A DNA stretch of 63,369 nt, filler included, from Octopus bimaculoides (lineage: Eukaryota): NCBI RefSeq assembly GCF_001194135.2. It is 5 parts of 4 records of this genome, joined end to end, with 100 filler letters (N's around TTAATTAATTAA, not from the genome) between each part and the next. Parts side by side here need not be neighbours in the genome. Positions count along the whole stretch, not along the records: positions 1 to 15,126 come from NC_068991.1; 4 more parts are not named here. One strand, 5' to 3'. This document shows, one piece after another, positions 1 to 13,989 of this stretch. The position numbers were made by a program, and so were the translations under genes. Within the stretch, counting starts at the first letter, position 1; the number at the start of each line of letters is the position of its first letter. The notes below the pieces were generated by a model that saw nothing but the letters and a program-made list of their open reading frames with translations, was not told the origin of the DNA and did not search any database.

Positions 1-10
1 ATGTGTGTGC

Positions 11-70
<60 letters not shown>
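11..70. repeat. (GA)n microsatellite
   Basis: Direct GA dinucleotide run. Confidence 0.95.
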
Positions 71-74
<4 letters not shown>

Positions 75-630
75 AGTAAAAAAGAAAGTGGAAGAAGATA
101 GTGATTTAACAAGAAATGCAAAAGAGTAGATGCATCGTATTAGAATATGTGAGATGCGATATAGCAATTCTGATTGGTGGATTAGTACCTTATCCAGTTC
201 AAGAGACATTATTGAAGATTTCTTCTACATGTAGGATAATTCGACCAAACTAGCCACACAAGAATATTACCATAAACAATCGTTTTTTTTTTTTTTCAGT
301 ATTAAATTATCATCTTTACTTTGTCAAAATCTTACACTTGAACATAATATGTTTTGAAAGTTAATATGAATTTGAATACAATACAGTTGCTTGTGTATTT
401 ATATTATAGTAACGATGACTATGGCGCTGCAACAATTCATGTGTATAAGAATTCTCTTTCCGATTAAGGGTTAGTACTATGAAACAACGCCTATCCTCAT
501 TTTATATACAAATATGTTTAATCCTTATCAGATTTTTCATTCTTATCAGATTGTGATCTGACTCACAGTTCATACAAGCCGACATCAATAAATCAATTCT
601 GATTGGTTGCTAAACTGAATTTTTTTAGAC

Positions 631-689
<59 letters not shown>
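631..689. repeat. (TAG)n microsatellite
   Basis: About 20 perfect TAG units. Confidence 0.95.
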
Positions 690-1699
690 ACAACCATAGT
701 CGGTTACAGCAGCAGCTGTATGACCAGTAACCGCACAGATGGGATATCATTATAGCACCATGTGATATTTTGTTATATCTCTTTACATTCTGAGATCAGA
801 TCTCACGGACTCAAGTTTGCTTTTGATTCCCTTCGTGGCGGTGTGGAGAATAGCGCTAAAAAATATGTAATGATTAAAATGGAGGAGTTATGGTGAAGCA
901 TTGTATGGTGTTACATTAAATAGACTTTTTATGGAAGGCCGGAACAAAGCGAGGTGAAATGTAAAGTTAACTACAATGAGAAATTAAGAGCATAGTAAAC
1001 TTTTATAGCCGACAATACATTACTTTTGAAATGGCAAATTCTATTTACTTTCCAGTCCAACTTTCCTCAAGATGTAAAAAATCCCCATATATCTAAATAT
1101 TCACTTATACTGATATCTATGTTCCCTTACTTGCACTGATGATTTTCAAATTTCAGTTATACTGATAATTATTGTAGATTTTTCAAATTCCAGTATAACA
1201 CGAATTATTCTAGTTTTTTATGCTCATAGTTCATTATCTCTTCCGTCATCAATAACTCAAGACTGAAGTATCATTCTGACTACATATCCTTCTGAGCCAA
1301 CAGTTTTGTACTTGTCTACAATCCTAGAAGATCGACTAAAACACAGCGAACTAGCGGTTGACCTACTTTAAATGGCAACTAAATATCCCTCATATCTCAT
1401 CTTGTTTGCTTAAAATATAAGACACAGTAAAGTTGAGTCTTGGGTTACACTATACAGGCATAATAGGAAAGCAATCATTTTAAAACTGTTTACTTTTTTC
1501 TTCTTGTGACATTTTTTGATATATGGCTTGTCGTCAAATATCTTGCATGTTCCAGTATTGCCTCACAATTATCATCAATTTAGCGGTGCTTTTATTTCCA
1601 GTGAAGTAGTACTAAACCAGCAATACCCCTCATATGTAAATGTTTGATCCCTTATTAAATATCCTCACTCACTAACTTTCAAGTAGGATGGGATAAATA

Positions 1700-2480
1700 T
1701 CTTTATGAGAAAGGAAAACTATGATTTGAGTGCCACAATTCTTTTCATATAAAGCTATTGAATTAGCAATTTTGCACTTTGTTGTCTCAGCTTCATCAAG
1801 AACAGTTTTCACAGTATGTGTAAAACAGATATGTTTTGAACAATCTAAAGCACAGCTAATGAAAAAGTTTACAAATTCAGACCAATTGAATGCTCATTCG
1901 AAACTTCTCTTGTCATCTCTGCAAAGCACCATGAATAAAACTCTACTCTAAAAGTTTTGTTTAGTATTATCCTTATAAAGTAAACATTCCTGTTAGAAAA
2001 ACATTTTCTCAGAGCCTAAACTTATGTGTAGGTTCAAAACGTATAACAAATGCATCAGTCTTATCAGTTTGGGAAATCCCGAAATCGTCACAGACGCCAT
2101 CCCTCTACCTTATGCTTTATAAGAATATTCAAGCAACAGCTGAGGGAATACCAGAATATTGCTATGCTCACTCAGAACATCAACCATAAAATCCTTGAAA
2201 ACAGAGCAGCCTTAAGGCCTTGCAGAGCAGTCTTAAGGCTTAGTTCGGCTCTATATGTGTTGTGTTTTGGTGTCAATAAAGAAATACTATTAAGGCCCAG
2301 TGTATTGATTTTCTCAGGGGCATACAATGTTGCTAAGTCAGCTCTCCTTGCAAAATCATCCATCGAGTTTGATTCACTGAAGCGATAAATGATATTTTCA
2401 GGGTGGAAGGTTTAGAATGTAGGTCCCATTTTACTTCTATCCTGCAATAATCCCTCAGTTCTAACAGTTCAGACGTTTTT
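1700..2480 (-). mobile_element. Highly degraded LINE (CR1/L2-like) RT remnant, tentative
   Basis: Minus-strand fragments (GLLQDRSKMGPTF, MDDFARRADLATLYA, RKCFSNRNV) loosely echo PQGS-LGP, FADD-DL and RNFFSNRV motifs. Many stops and frameshifts. Confidence 0.3.
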
Positions 2481-2774
2481 CCAATTATCGTTTATCTGCC
2501 AGATAAAATATGTTCAAGACATTCTTTTATACCTAAGAAGATTCAATCTATTACTTAACTCTTATATGACAACTTGTTGATTATAAAATAGTAGAAATGT
2601 ACAGAACTGATCTTTTTGAAATATATTTTATATCCAAATTTAGGGAATGGAGTAGGTAAAATCCAGGCTACATATTTTCCCTAGCTAGAAGGACCGCGGA
2701 AGAAGCTACTCAGATACCTTAGTTAAATGAAGGTTACATCGTCGTCAAGGGGTCCCAAGTTAACTCGCAGGAAC

Positions 2775-2958
2775 TATATATATAAATGGTAATTTTTATC
2801 AGTCTGTCTGTCTGTCGTTCCGTTTGTCTATTACCAACTTAGTGCCTAAACCACCGAATCAATATTCACGAAACTTTGCATACATATCATCTTTAGATCC
2901 AGTTCAATAATAGGCTAACTGGATTTCACTAAAAATCTATAATGTGCCCCCTCACAGG

Positions 2959-2960
<2 letters not shown>
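2775..2960 (+). mobile_element. Non-autonomous Helitron-like element (5' end plus small hairpin), tentative
   Basis: ACTATATATATAAAT start, then (GTCT)n, then aaaccaccgaatcaatattcacgaaactttgc, as in invertebrate non-autonomous Helitrons. Ends in hairpin tgccccctcacaggggca. Confidence 0.4.
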
Positions 2961-3008
<48 letters not shown>

Positions 3009-3196
3009 AAAATGAGAAGGTTGCAAATAAGTCTGAGGTAGTAACAGAGTGAGAGAGAGAGAGTGATTTATATCAGTGAAGGCGAGAACAGCTATGAGAA
3101 TAGGATGATAGCGTTAATAAAGCTACCATATACACGCCATGCTGCATACATACTTTCGTAAATACATCGATACAACACGCGCGCACGCGCACAGAC

Positions 3197-3555
3197 GTTA
3201 CGGGGGCGTAAACACACCAACATCGGTTGTCAAGCGATGGTGGAGAAACAAGCACGCATACACACACACATACACAGATGCATACACACACACACATGCA
3301 TACGCGCACACATACACACACATGCACATACACACATGCACACACACACACACATACACACACATACACACACACACACACACATACACTACGAGCTACT
3401 TTCAGTTTCCGTCTACCAAATCCACTCACAAGGCTTTGGTCGGCCCGAAGCTATAGTAGAAGACACTTGCCCAAGATGCCCCCCGGTGGGACTGGACCAC
3501 AAACTATGTGGTTGGAATGCAAACTTCTTACCACACAACCACTCCTGCGCCTATA
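3197..3555 (-). mobile_element. tRNA-derived SINE, family B (internal CA/TG microsatellite), 3'-truncated
   Basis: Reverse complement of the 47354-47840 copy. tRNA-like head, ttgggcaagtgtctt core, then microsatellite. Confidence 0.85.
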
Positions 3556-4249
3556 CAGGAGGTATACGAATAAAAATGAAAATATAGTGTATCTAGAAAG
3601 GAACATTACTTGGCAGTGCAAGAGGTTTCTCGAAATTCTTGAAAAAAAAGTACCAACTATCTTCACGGAAGGTAAACAACTGGTATTTTAATGACACTTC
3701 TAGCAGCAAGCTGAGTATGTTAGATATGATAATAATAATAATTATTGTTCTATCTTATTTTATTTCATTTGAAAGGTCTGTTGTCTATTGTCTGTGGTTC
3801 TGAGTGACTACAGCAGTTGAAGCTTACATAGACCTGTATTTACTTTTCCAATGGAACAACTTTCATTCAAATGGTCCAATATTTCCTGGGGAGACAAGAC
3901 ATCGAACTATACTCAGTTCTAACAACACTGTAACCCCCGTAAACAGATGTCCTGACAACAATTAAGAGTTCGTTGCAACCATGTTGGGCTTATAGTTCGT
4001 GTGTTAACCATCACGTATATTTCTATGTCACGCGCATGATTCCTAAATAATCCATGATTCTATCCTGACTCCGCCCGTCTTACGATAGGTTTTGTTTATG
4101 ATCTGTAAGCTCTCTAGCAACTGTCTTGACCAGATTAGACTCATGGAACATTAACAACCTGAACATTAACAGGCTGCATTGAATTCCATGATACCAGCAG
4201 CAATCAGATCACACATTCATGCATATATATAAATAACAGATATGCTCAC

Positions 4250-4375
<126 letters not shown>

Positions 4376-5350
4376 CCTACATATATATTTTATATATATT
4401 TTATGCACAAGTAGTTATACATACACACATACATATACGTAATGCATACATGCATACGTACATACATATATACATATATAGAGACAAACAAACTAGACAC
4501 ACGCACACACACACACACACATGTAAACACATATGCCAATATGCACCTTCATAAACATGTATACACAAACGTATCTATGGGAATTCTAATGTATAGTTAA
4601 AAAAAAAAATAGTATAATAATTGTAGGAAACTAGAAAATGTCACGTGCATTTTAGAGTAACAGAAACGAGCAGTAAGAAGTTCATGTCGATCCGTTTTAG
4701 ATATTATTGGTTGGAAAGACCAGTCGAAAAGTATTTAAAAGACTGAAATATCCTATCAATACTATAATAGTCATTTTATAACGTTAACAAAATTTGAATT
4801 TCGAATGTTTTGAGAGGTGTTCGTATCATATTTACAGAATTTTGACGAATACTTTAAACTCCATATATGAGAAGAAACGGATGTGACTAGATCTAATAAA
4901 TTCCTCAGTTTGAATGCAACGGGTGTATTTTTCGAAATACCTTCTCACTACTATGTACTAAAATGAATTGGAGTTAGCATTAACACAAGAACTAAAAAAT
5001 AAGTTTTTTTCCTGTAGAGACAGGCTTTGAAACGCATTCACTTCATTATGCGTTCCTACTTTTTCTCTGATAAAATGTAGTGTAGAACTTCTAAGATGTC
5101 ATTTGAAGAATTCCAAGGAATGAAAACAAGAAGGTGCTATTCTAACTTCAGCTGGTTAATCTGAATTTGTAGATGAGGTTCAATAAGTGTGGAGCGGGTA
5201 CATTGGTATATGATTATACAGTATAAAGATTTGCAAACGCATTGAACTACACTCAATACCTAAGATAGAGTTTATTTTAATACCGTCTCAAGAATTACAG
5301 GCATATGCTTTGTGTGTGTGTATGTGTGTGTGTGTGAGTGTGTGTGTTTT

Positions 5351-5451
<101 letters not shown>

Positions 5452-5663
5452 GTGTGTGTGTGAATTTATACAGTCAAAAGAAAAAGACTTTTCAGCGCAA
5501 GTCGCTAAATATATATATATATATCTAGTGTGTATTTGGTGTGAGAAAACATTAATTTAACACAAGTTTGACATACATGTATATTTCTACTGTAGTTATG
5601 TGTGTTACTACTTGCATGCAAACATATATAAGTACATAAATACATATGCACACACGCATATAT

Positions 5664-5695
<32 letters not shown>

Positions 5696-5915
5696 GCATA
5701 ACTATACACAAGCACACATGTATGTATGTATGTATGTATGTAGGTAGCTATCTAGGTATATTTGAAAGAGAGCGTAAGGGAGTCAGCATAACGCTACATA
5801 GACATTCTTGTTCTTGATTTAAATATTGTGTATGTGCTTATGAAATATATCTCTATTTTATGCTGCTTGTATATGCCTAGAAATGTATGTATATATCTAG
5901 GTGTGCGTATATATT

Positions 5916-5953
<38 letters not shown>

Positions 5954-6617
5954 GCACACACACACATATATATACACACAGACACGCACACACACGCACA
6001 CATATACACTCAAACACACATACATATATACTTACATACACGTATCTGTATGTTTGCATGTGAAGAGTTGAGTGAGTGTTAAATTATTATTTTACCGGAA
6101 GCTTTCTTTTAAAATTCCAAGAATGTCAGTTCACAGATTCGTATTTTACAGCAAAAAAAAGAGAGAGAGAGAGAGAGAACGAGTGAGAGAAAGAAAAAGA
6201 GGGGAGATGGGAACGCGAGAGAGCAAGAGAGAGAGGGAAGGAGGAGGAGGAGGAAAGAATAATAAATGAAGGATAAACTAGAAAAGGAAAAAAAGAAGAG
6301 AAACTTTTAAGAAAAGGTACTTGCTGACGCCTAAGGAGCTGTCCAAAATACCATATGGTAGATTCCAGAACTCTATGAATATCTAGAATTAGAAACACGC
6401 AACTATCGATTTCTTTTTCTCTCGCCGCTAAAAAAGACTCGTGAACACGTGAAAAATATCGGATGAAAGCTGTTCCTTTCACTAACAAGTGCCCAGCTTA
6501 ACCTTGCTCTAGCTATATTCTAAAAAGTTTGCATTTTATTGACAGTTAAGCATGGCTTTAGTCGCCTTGCTTAAAAAAACACGAGAAGAGGAGGATCATC
6601 CCAGATACATACGCCTA

Positions 6618-6680
<63 letters not shown>

Positions 6681-7312
6681 TTATCTATCTATCTATCTGT
6701 TAATCTATCTAGCCAGCTAGCTACCTAGCTAGCTACCTAGCTAGCTACCTAGCTAGCTAACTATTTCTCTNNNNNNNNNNNNNNNNNNNNNNNNNNNNNN
6801 NNNNNNNNNNNNNNNNNNNNNNNNNNNNNNNNNNNNNNNNNNNNNNNNNNNNNNNNNNNNNNNNNNNNNNNNNNNNNNNNNNNNNNNNNNNNNNNNNNNN
6901 NNNNNNNNNNNNNNNNNNNNNNNNNNNNNNNNNNNNNNNNNNNNNNNNNNNNNNNNNNNNNNNNNNNNNNNNNNNNNNNNNNNNNNNNNNNNNNNNNNNN
7001 NNNNNNNNNNNNNNNNNNNNNNNNNNNNNNNNNNNNNNNNNNNNNNNNNNNNNNNNNNNNNNNNNNNNNNNNNNNNNNNNNNNNNNNNNNNNNNNNNNNN
7101 NNNNNNNNNNNNNNNNNNNNNNNNNNNNNNNNNNNNNNNNNNNNNNNNNNNNNNNNNNNNNNNNNNNNNNNNNNNNNNNNNNNNNNNNNNNNNNNNNNNN
7201 NNNNNNNNATATATATATATATAGTTGGAATTTACAAAACAACAAAAGACATAGACAGGTGTATAAACAATAAACAGGTGTAGTAGTTTTTAACCTTCGG
7301 GAAAGTGAGAAA

Positions 7313-7352
7313 GTCTTTTACGTTTCGGGCCTACGCTCTTCAACAGAAAATC
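7313..7352 (-). ncRNA. Hammerhead-ribozyme-like variant motif
   Basis: Minus strand reads tttt-CUGUUGA-A-GAGC-guag-GCCC-GAAACGUA-aaag. Type I minimal topology with A6 changed to U and one stem II mismatch. Confidence 0.4.
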
Positions 7353-7841
7353 AACAGAGAGAGGATAAAAAAAAACTTTATTGGCTAACGGTCGACACAC
7401 ATACACACATACGTACACGGAGGCAGAGAAGGCGAGACGGGGAAAGAAGGAGACAGAGATTTTGCATAATTAATAATTAATTGTAGCATTCATATTGTCT
7501 ATATTTAATGAATGTCAGACATGAGTGAGAAAATTCAAATGTCGGAAATGCTAGCCTCTCACAGTCAACACTTCTCAGCGTACAACCCTTCTTGTTGCTA
7601 ACATTGTCTGTGGTGTTGATGCTGCTGCCATTATTGTTGCCTACGTGAGGCTCGTTGCAATCTTTATGTTAGTTCCATTCTTGAAGACCAATGATCAAAG
7701 GCATTCTAGTGTAACTCTTTCGTCATTACTTTTCACCTATGATCTAACAAGATTACATCATCCTTTTTTTAAGATGGTAGGCTGCGGGCGACTGTACAAA
7801 AGCTCCCTACCGAGCTCTATAGAAGTATGTGTATGTGTGTG

Positions 7842-7885
<44 letters not shown>

Positions 7886-7900
7886 CCACACACACACACG

Positions 7901-7974
<74 letters not shown>

Positions 7975-8189
7975 CATATATATATTTATAAACAAAGTTA
8001 AAAAAAAGGATTCCGTAAGAGATAATTAATGGAATATAAAATAGATAAAACATCCATGCTGTGCATAATTGTGCATTTTTTCTTTTTTGTTGACTGATAG
8101 AATTTTTACTATTGCTTACTAATCAACTAATATCTGATGTGTTCGTGTTTGAAAGTTTGCTATCCGTTTGTAAGAAGTTATATTACGTA

Positions 8190-8895
8190 ATAGCTGAATT
8201 ACCCGGCGTTGCTCGGGTTACTGTTCAGATCAGTAAACAATAAATATGAAGATAAATATTTTTTCTCTGTTTCATTTTAAAATATCCAAATTGTAATGAT
8301 AATAGAATCTAAAACTGAAGCACCTCTGGGTGAACAGTATTCATTGTGTAATTTTTTGTTGGTGTCGAAGTGAATAAATTTTTGCTGCTTCCAACTTGTG
8401 AGCAACCAACATAGAGTTGGCCGTGGGAGAAACATGTAGTAGAGAGATGAAGTCCAACTACCCTGAGATTTGTTAATTGAAATAACAAGAAACTGAAGCC
8501 TCTTAAATTGAAATAAAACATCTGTAGGTACGAGAGGAAATTTTAGGATAAAGACATTTTCTTCTTTGTAACTACCTGTTATGATTGTTGCCTTTTGGAC
8601 ATGGGACTTCATGGAAGTAACAGTTAAGCGAGTTCCATTACACAGGTGAAGTGAGTCAAAATTTCTAAGCAAGATTTAGTGTGAAGTTGTGAGGTGGTAT
8701 CCCAGTGGGTTTAAGTGTGTTCAGAAATTCAACAGGGTATTGAACAGCCTGATCTTGATCGATTGCTGTAGGAATTGATGGAAAAGTCATTTCTGATGTA
8801 TCTGTTAACTTTTGAAGTTCACGATTGAGTTTATCAGCCATTTAATTAGTTGGAGTCAGTATAGCTCCTTCACATAGCCAGTTTACATCAGTGTA
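8190..8895 (-). mobile_element. Helitron 3' fragment (PIF1-like helicase C-terminus and 3' terminus)
   Basis: YPVEFLNTLKPTGIPPH, LRNFDSLHLCNGTRL, SINKSQG and CFSHGQLYVGCSQV motifs. Subterminal hairpin acccgagcaacgccgggt (8201-8218) followed by CTAT, a CTRR-like end. Confidence 0.9.
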
Positions 8896-8974
8896 ATTGA
8901 CAATCACATATACACTGACCCACACATACACTTACATACATATACTAAGACAGTCACACACAGACATACATTTA

Positions 8975-9279
8975 CGTAATGAACATGCAAACACACACAC
9001 ACACACTCACAGATACATATATACTCATATACAAAATGTATCGTGGTGGTGGTGGTGGTTGTATAAAATGTCCTTTACTACGTCGTACGTAACGAACGCA
9101 CAAACGCACACACACTGACAGACACATACATACGCATATACAAAATGTGTCATCATCGTCGTCGTGGTATAAAATGTCCTTCAGTATGTCACAGGTAACG
9201 AACGCGCAAACACACACACACTCACAGACACATACACACTCATATACAAAATGTGACGTCGCAGTCGTCGTGGTATAAA
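8975..9279. repeat. Minisatellite, about 105-110 bp period, about 3 copies
   Basis: catatacaaaatgt...gtataaaatgtcctt...gtaacgaacgc unit recurs at about 9027, 9136 and 9241. Confidence 0.7.
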
Positions 9280-10312
9280 TTTTATAGTTTTATTATAGAA
9301 AGATTATTTTCGAGAAAATGTTATATTGTTTTAATCGAAATGAAAATAAAAGTTACATGTTGACACTTGCGGGGTGTAATACTTTGTAAAATTTGATTGA
9401 GTTGGTGGAGCTGTTTGAGAATGCATACGGAAGAGACAAATAGACAAAAAAAATTATAGAGAGAGAGAGATAATAAATACAAAATTTGTGCATAACTTGG
9501 ATCTATTTTTACAGTTGTAGAAAGAAACCTATTATGGAATGAAGAAAATAATTCACAGTTTAGCACATTAAAGAAAATTCAATTCTGACAAATTCGGAAG
9601 TGAATTCAAGAAAACGGGACACGTTTTCCTGGTGCTGTTCACGTTGTTGGCCTTTTTGTTGTAGTTGTTATTTATTTTACAGTACGGGTATTACAATATT
9701 TAATTAATTGAGGAATTCCATCCACACATCCCAGACTATAACAACAACAACGACAATAACAACGGGAATATTTCTTTATTCAGCAGTAATACATAAACTT
9801 CCGAAAACAAAGCCTTTATCCTGAAGATAACATACATTTAGAGAGACAGGGAGAACATGTGGACAGGATAGAGAGCGATCTCCATTTTCCTTCTTATTCA
9901 TAACATACAGCTTCCATGATTTACTAAAATGTTTTCACATGTTCGATATATATAGTTTCCATATGGTCTTGCCAAGTGTACACGTTAGCTTTCTTTTAAA
10001 CAGTCTTTTCGAGCGATAGTCTTTCCTGAAAGTAGATGACTCCTTTCTTTTTCTCCCTTATTGTCTTCATTTTCATTTTATTTACTTTATTTTCGGTTTT
10101 ATAATAGTTCACTTCCGGTCATTGGTTTCCAAGAAATCTACCCAAGGCATCGGACTCTAAATTCTTTGCTGTCTACTTGAACAATCAACAAACATTGTAT
10201 GGGAGTGTGAATACTTGAACGCGTTGGTAATTTGTAAACAAATATGAGCGCGCGCGAGCGTGAGTGCAAACATACACACAATGGACATACGATATACACA
10301 CACACTCACGCG

Positions 10313-10351
<39 letters not shown>

Positions 10352-10688
10352 GCACACACACACACACGAGCTCGCACGCACACATACACGTATTTATCTG
10401 CATTTTTTCTAGTACTGAAAACAAGACTGTTCTAGTTTTAATTTGCTTTTGTTTTCCCAGTTTTTTTCCTATGCCTGCGTTAGTTCCTTACATTTCGTTT
10501 CGAGTAATAATGACGATTGTGCTGGATTTAGAAACCTTATTGTTCTCATAGAACTGTTTAGGAACTAATAGGAATATACGGAAAACAGACTAACAAAAAT
10601 GTTAGAACTCGGACACAGTTATGTCTTCAATAACACAGGTCAATGTAGAGAGAGACATAGCTAAACATACGCAAGCAAACATGTACTG

Positions 10689-10785
<97 letters not shown>

Positions 10786-11025
10786 CACACACATACACAC
10801 GCATGGACGCACGCATACAAACACACGCAAGTACAGACACACTTATGCACACACATGCAAACATTTGCATGCATAAACACATGTACACACACATGATTGT
10901 AGTTATAAATGGTAGACCAGAATACAATGGGTAAACAATGCTCCTTAGTGGGAAAAGACGAACTACCATCTATCGGTCTCGAACCAACAAATATTTTTCG
11001 CAATTAATATATTTTAACTTATTAA

Positions 11026-11205
11026 GGAGGCGAGCTGGCAGAATCGTTGGCACGTTGAGAGAAAATGCTTAGCAGTATTTCGCCTGTCTTTACGTTCTGA
11101 GTTCGAATAGCGCCTTTCATCCGTTTGAGACTGATAAACTAAGTACAGTTGAGTACTGGATTTGATGTAAACGACTTACTTCCTCCCCTAAATTGCCAAA
11201 ATTAG
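11026..11205 (+). mobile_element. tRNA-derived SINE, family A
   Basis: ggcgagctggcagaatcgtt...ctgagttcgaat head. Same family at about 34.0, 47.2, 59.8 and 61.0 kb. Confidence 0.8.
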
Positions 11206-11452
11206 AAACCGATATATTTTGAGTTATTATTTATAAGTACAATGAAGCAGCTTCGTAAAAGAGATTTATCATGTTTTTGAATCGTTCTTAATTTCAATCT
11301 AAATGTAACTAAACTTCCTGTCTTACTTGTAAGATAATAATTTGCCTGTCGGAGGCTGGAGAGCCACATTGGTGAAATTGTACCATAACCAGCTAGTACA
11401 CGGTATATGCATTGTTTGAGATTGCAGATGAATTTCAGCAGTTATCTCCTAC

Positions 11453-11525
11453 CAGTCTCTTTGGCTAATTCATCAAGAGCTATGTTTATAGCCACATTCA
11501 TATTCCGAAAATCTTCGTAAAAGAG
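11453..11525 (-). CDS. Candidate internal coding exon (LFYEDFRNMNVAINIALDELAKETG), product unknown
   Basis: 73 nt bounded by tgtacag| acceptor and |gtagga donor. Only one frame is open. Not part of any repeat seen elsewhere in the window. Confidence 0.35.
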
Positions 11526-11567
11526 CTGTACACAAACACACAGAGATGCCCACAAACATGTATGTAA

Positions 11568-11655
<88 letters not shown>

Positions 11656-11785
11656 CTGCGTGTGTGTGTATGTAATGTATACACAATGTACAGGTTTGTC
11701 ACATGAGCTTTCACTTTCAGCAGAACTATTGGTTTTTTCCATACCTAACATATATACAATTATAGCTGGTATATATATATATATA

Positions 11786-12376
11786 GCTGATGAAGGGGAT
11801 GTTTCTATGTGGCCTACTTGTTTGTTGCACCTTGTTTACCATTTTGTCCACGTTCTTTTGCCACGTCATATACCCAGTTATGTATCTATATGTACGTGTA
11901 GATGAACGTATATACATACACGTACATATATATGCATATACTCATATATTGTTTGTATCACGACAGAACGCACGCGTTACCTTTATACAGTAGGTTTTAA
12001 CTATTTTTCTAACGCGACTCTCTGTATTTCTATCTCCCCCTCTCATTCTTCCCTCTACTGTTCTTCGCCTCTACCTGTCACTAATATATCTCTCTCTCTA
12101 TCTCTTGTTACTCGTCCTTCGCCTCTCACCGTCACTACTACTATCTCTCTCTCTCTCTCTCTACCTCTCGTTGTTCACTTTTATTCTACTTCCTCCCCTT
12201 CTTTTCCCTCTGCTACTCTTTCTCCTCACACAGCCTTGGTCACGTGTGTCCGGCTGCTATTTCTTTTCATTCTTGGAATCACCAAGCTCGCACGTACTTC
12301 TTTGCCCCTCTTGTACGTACTTCACAGCGTTCAATACATACACACTTCACGTCTGGCTGTACAGCCTTTTTGTTTG
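11786..12376 (+). repeat. Interspersed repeat, blocks A (11786-11952) then B (11984-12376)
   Basis: Both blocks recur nearly identically at 43.0-43.7 kb in the opposite order. Confidence 0.8.
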
Positions 12377-12713
12377 NNNNNNNNNNNNNNNNNNNNNNNN
12401 NNNNNNNNNNNNNNNNNNNNNNNNNNNNNNNNNNNNNNNNNNNNNNNNNNNNNNNNNNNNNNNNNNNNNNNNNNNNNNNNNNNNNNNNNNNNNNNNNNNN
12501 NNNNNNNNNNNNNNNNNNNNNNNNNNNNNNNNNNNNNNNNNNNNNNNNNNNNNNNNNNNNNNNNNNNNNNNNNNNNNNNNNNNNNNNNNNNNNNNNNNNN
12601 NNNNNNNNNNNNNNNNNNNNNNNNNNNNNNNNNNNNNNNNNNNNNNNNNNNNNNNNNNNNNNNNNNNNNNNNNNNNNNNNNNNNNNNNNNNNNNNNNNNN
12701 NNNNNNNNNNNNN

Positions 12714-13610
12714 AGTTCTTTTTTAATCTAAAACATACTCTCCTTCATTTTCTACAATGCTCTTCCATCTATCTGGTAGATTTGCAAGGGCCTTCTTCCA
12801 AAATTCACTGTTCTGACCTCGTCTACTGAATTTATACCTTTTTCCGTCTAAATGATTTTGAAGACTGCGGAATAAACGATAATCTGATGGAGCAATGTCC
12901 GATGAATATGGTGGTTGAGGCATCGTTTCCCATTCAAACTACTTCAGCCTTTGGAATGTAATCCTCGATGTATGTGGCTGAGCATTATCCTGATGATCGT
13001 TTTTCTTCTAGCGCTGACTTAAGCCGCTCAAGCTGCTCGCAGTAGATCTCTTTTGTTATCATTTGGCTTGGGTTAAAAAATTCAAAGTGGACTAATTTCC
13101 CACCCACTGTCTCCGGTGCTTGACATTTTTATAGAGAACCCATTTCTCGTCACTGGTCACTATTCGGTTCAAAAAATGATTCATTCGTGAGACGTGACAG
13201 CAAAGAAGAGCAAAAATTTACTCTCTGCGCCCGATTAGACTCGGAAAATTTGTGAGGAACCCATTGACCCAATTTGCTGACTTTTCATATGGCACGCAGG
13301 TGTCGATGAATGGTTGAATGACCAAATCCAAGTTTCTCTGCTAGTTCTTCGACAGTTACAATGAGATTTTGTTTCTCCAGGCTTTGTAGGACAACCTCGT
13401 TGAGCTCTACAGATCTTCCAGGACGACGCTCGTCTTCTAGGCTTATTTCTTGATCCCCATATACTGTATTAATATTCCTCGCACTTTCTGCTGCGTTGTT
13501 GCCTTTATTGAACTCATACAGCAAAATATGCCGAATATGCTCCTTTGTCACTTCCATAATAGGTTTGAAAAAATAACTGTTAAAATCGAACTGCACTCTT
13601 CAAAACTTGC
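12714..13610 (-). mobile_element. Mariner (Mos1/SETMAR-like) transposase pseudogene, internally deleted
   Basis: EHIRHILLYEFNKG, LEDERRPGR, WVPH, TSDEKW and QPPYSSDIAPSDYRLFRSLQNHL motifs. Confidence 0.9.
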
Positions 13611-13989
13611 CATACATACATTCATACGTGCATCCATCCATCCACACATATATATATACATAAATTTGGCAGATGAGTTTTACGTTTCAACAGATGTATT
13701 GACTTTTTCTCTTACTAATATCCGGAAACTATTTCGTGCTATGTGTCAGGAACTGTCAATGAATCATCGCATTCTGTCTAATATATCGTATCTCTTGTTA
13801 GTATATTTTTTGATACGCTCTAATTAATCATATTCTTTGATAATAATTCATAACTTTACACAATGTTTGATATCATTTTAAAGCTTTTGCATTCTGAGTT
13901 TAGAATGATTTCTTTACTAATTGATTTTATAGGCTTTCCAAATTCATTGATTAATGTAATAAAACAGGCTGATCACGGCACGAAACTCA

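Noticed and set aside
8975-9279. CRISPR-like repeat-spacer array
   Set aside because: Eukaryotic context, units are homologous along their full length, and there are no unique spacers or cas genes. It is a minisatellite.
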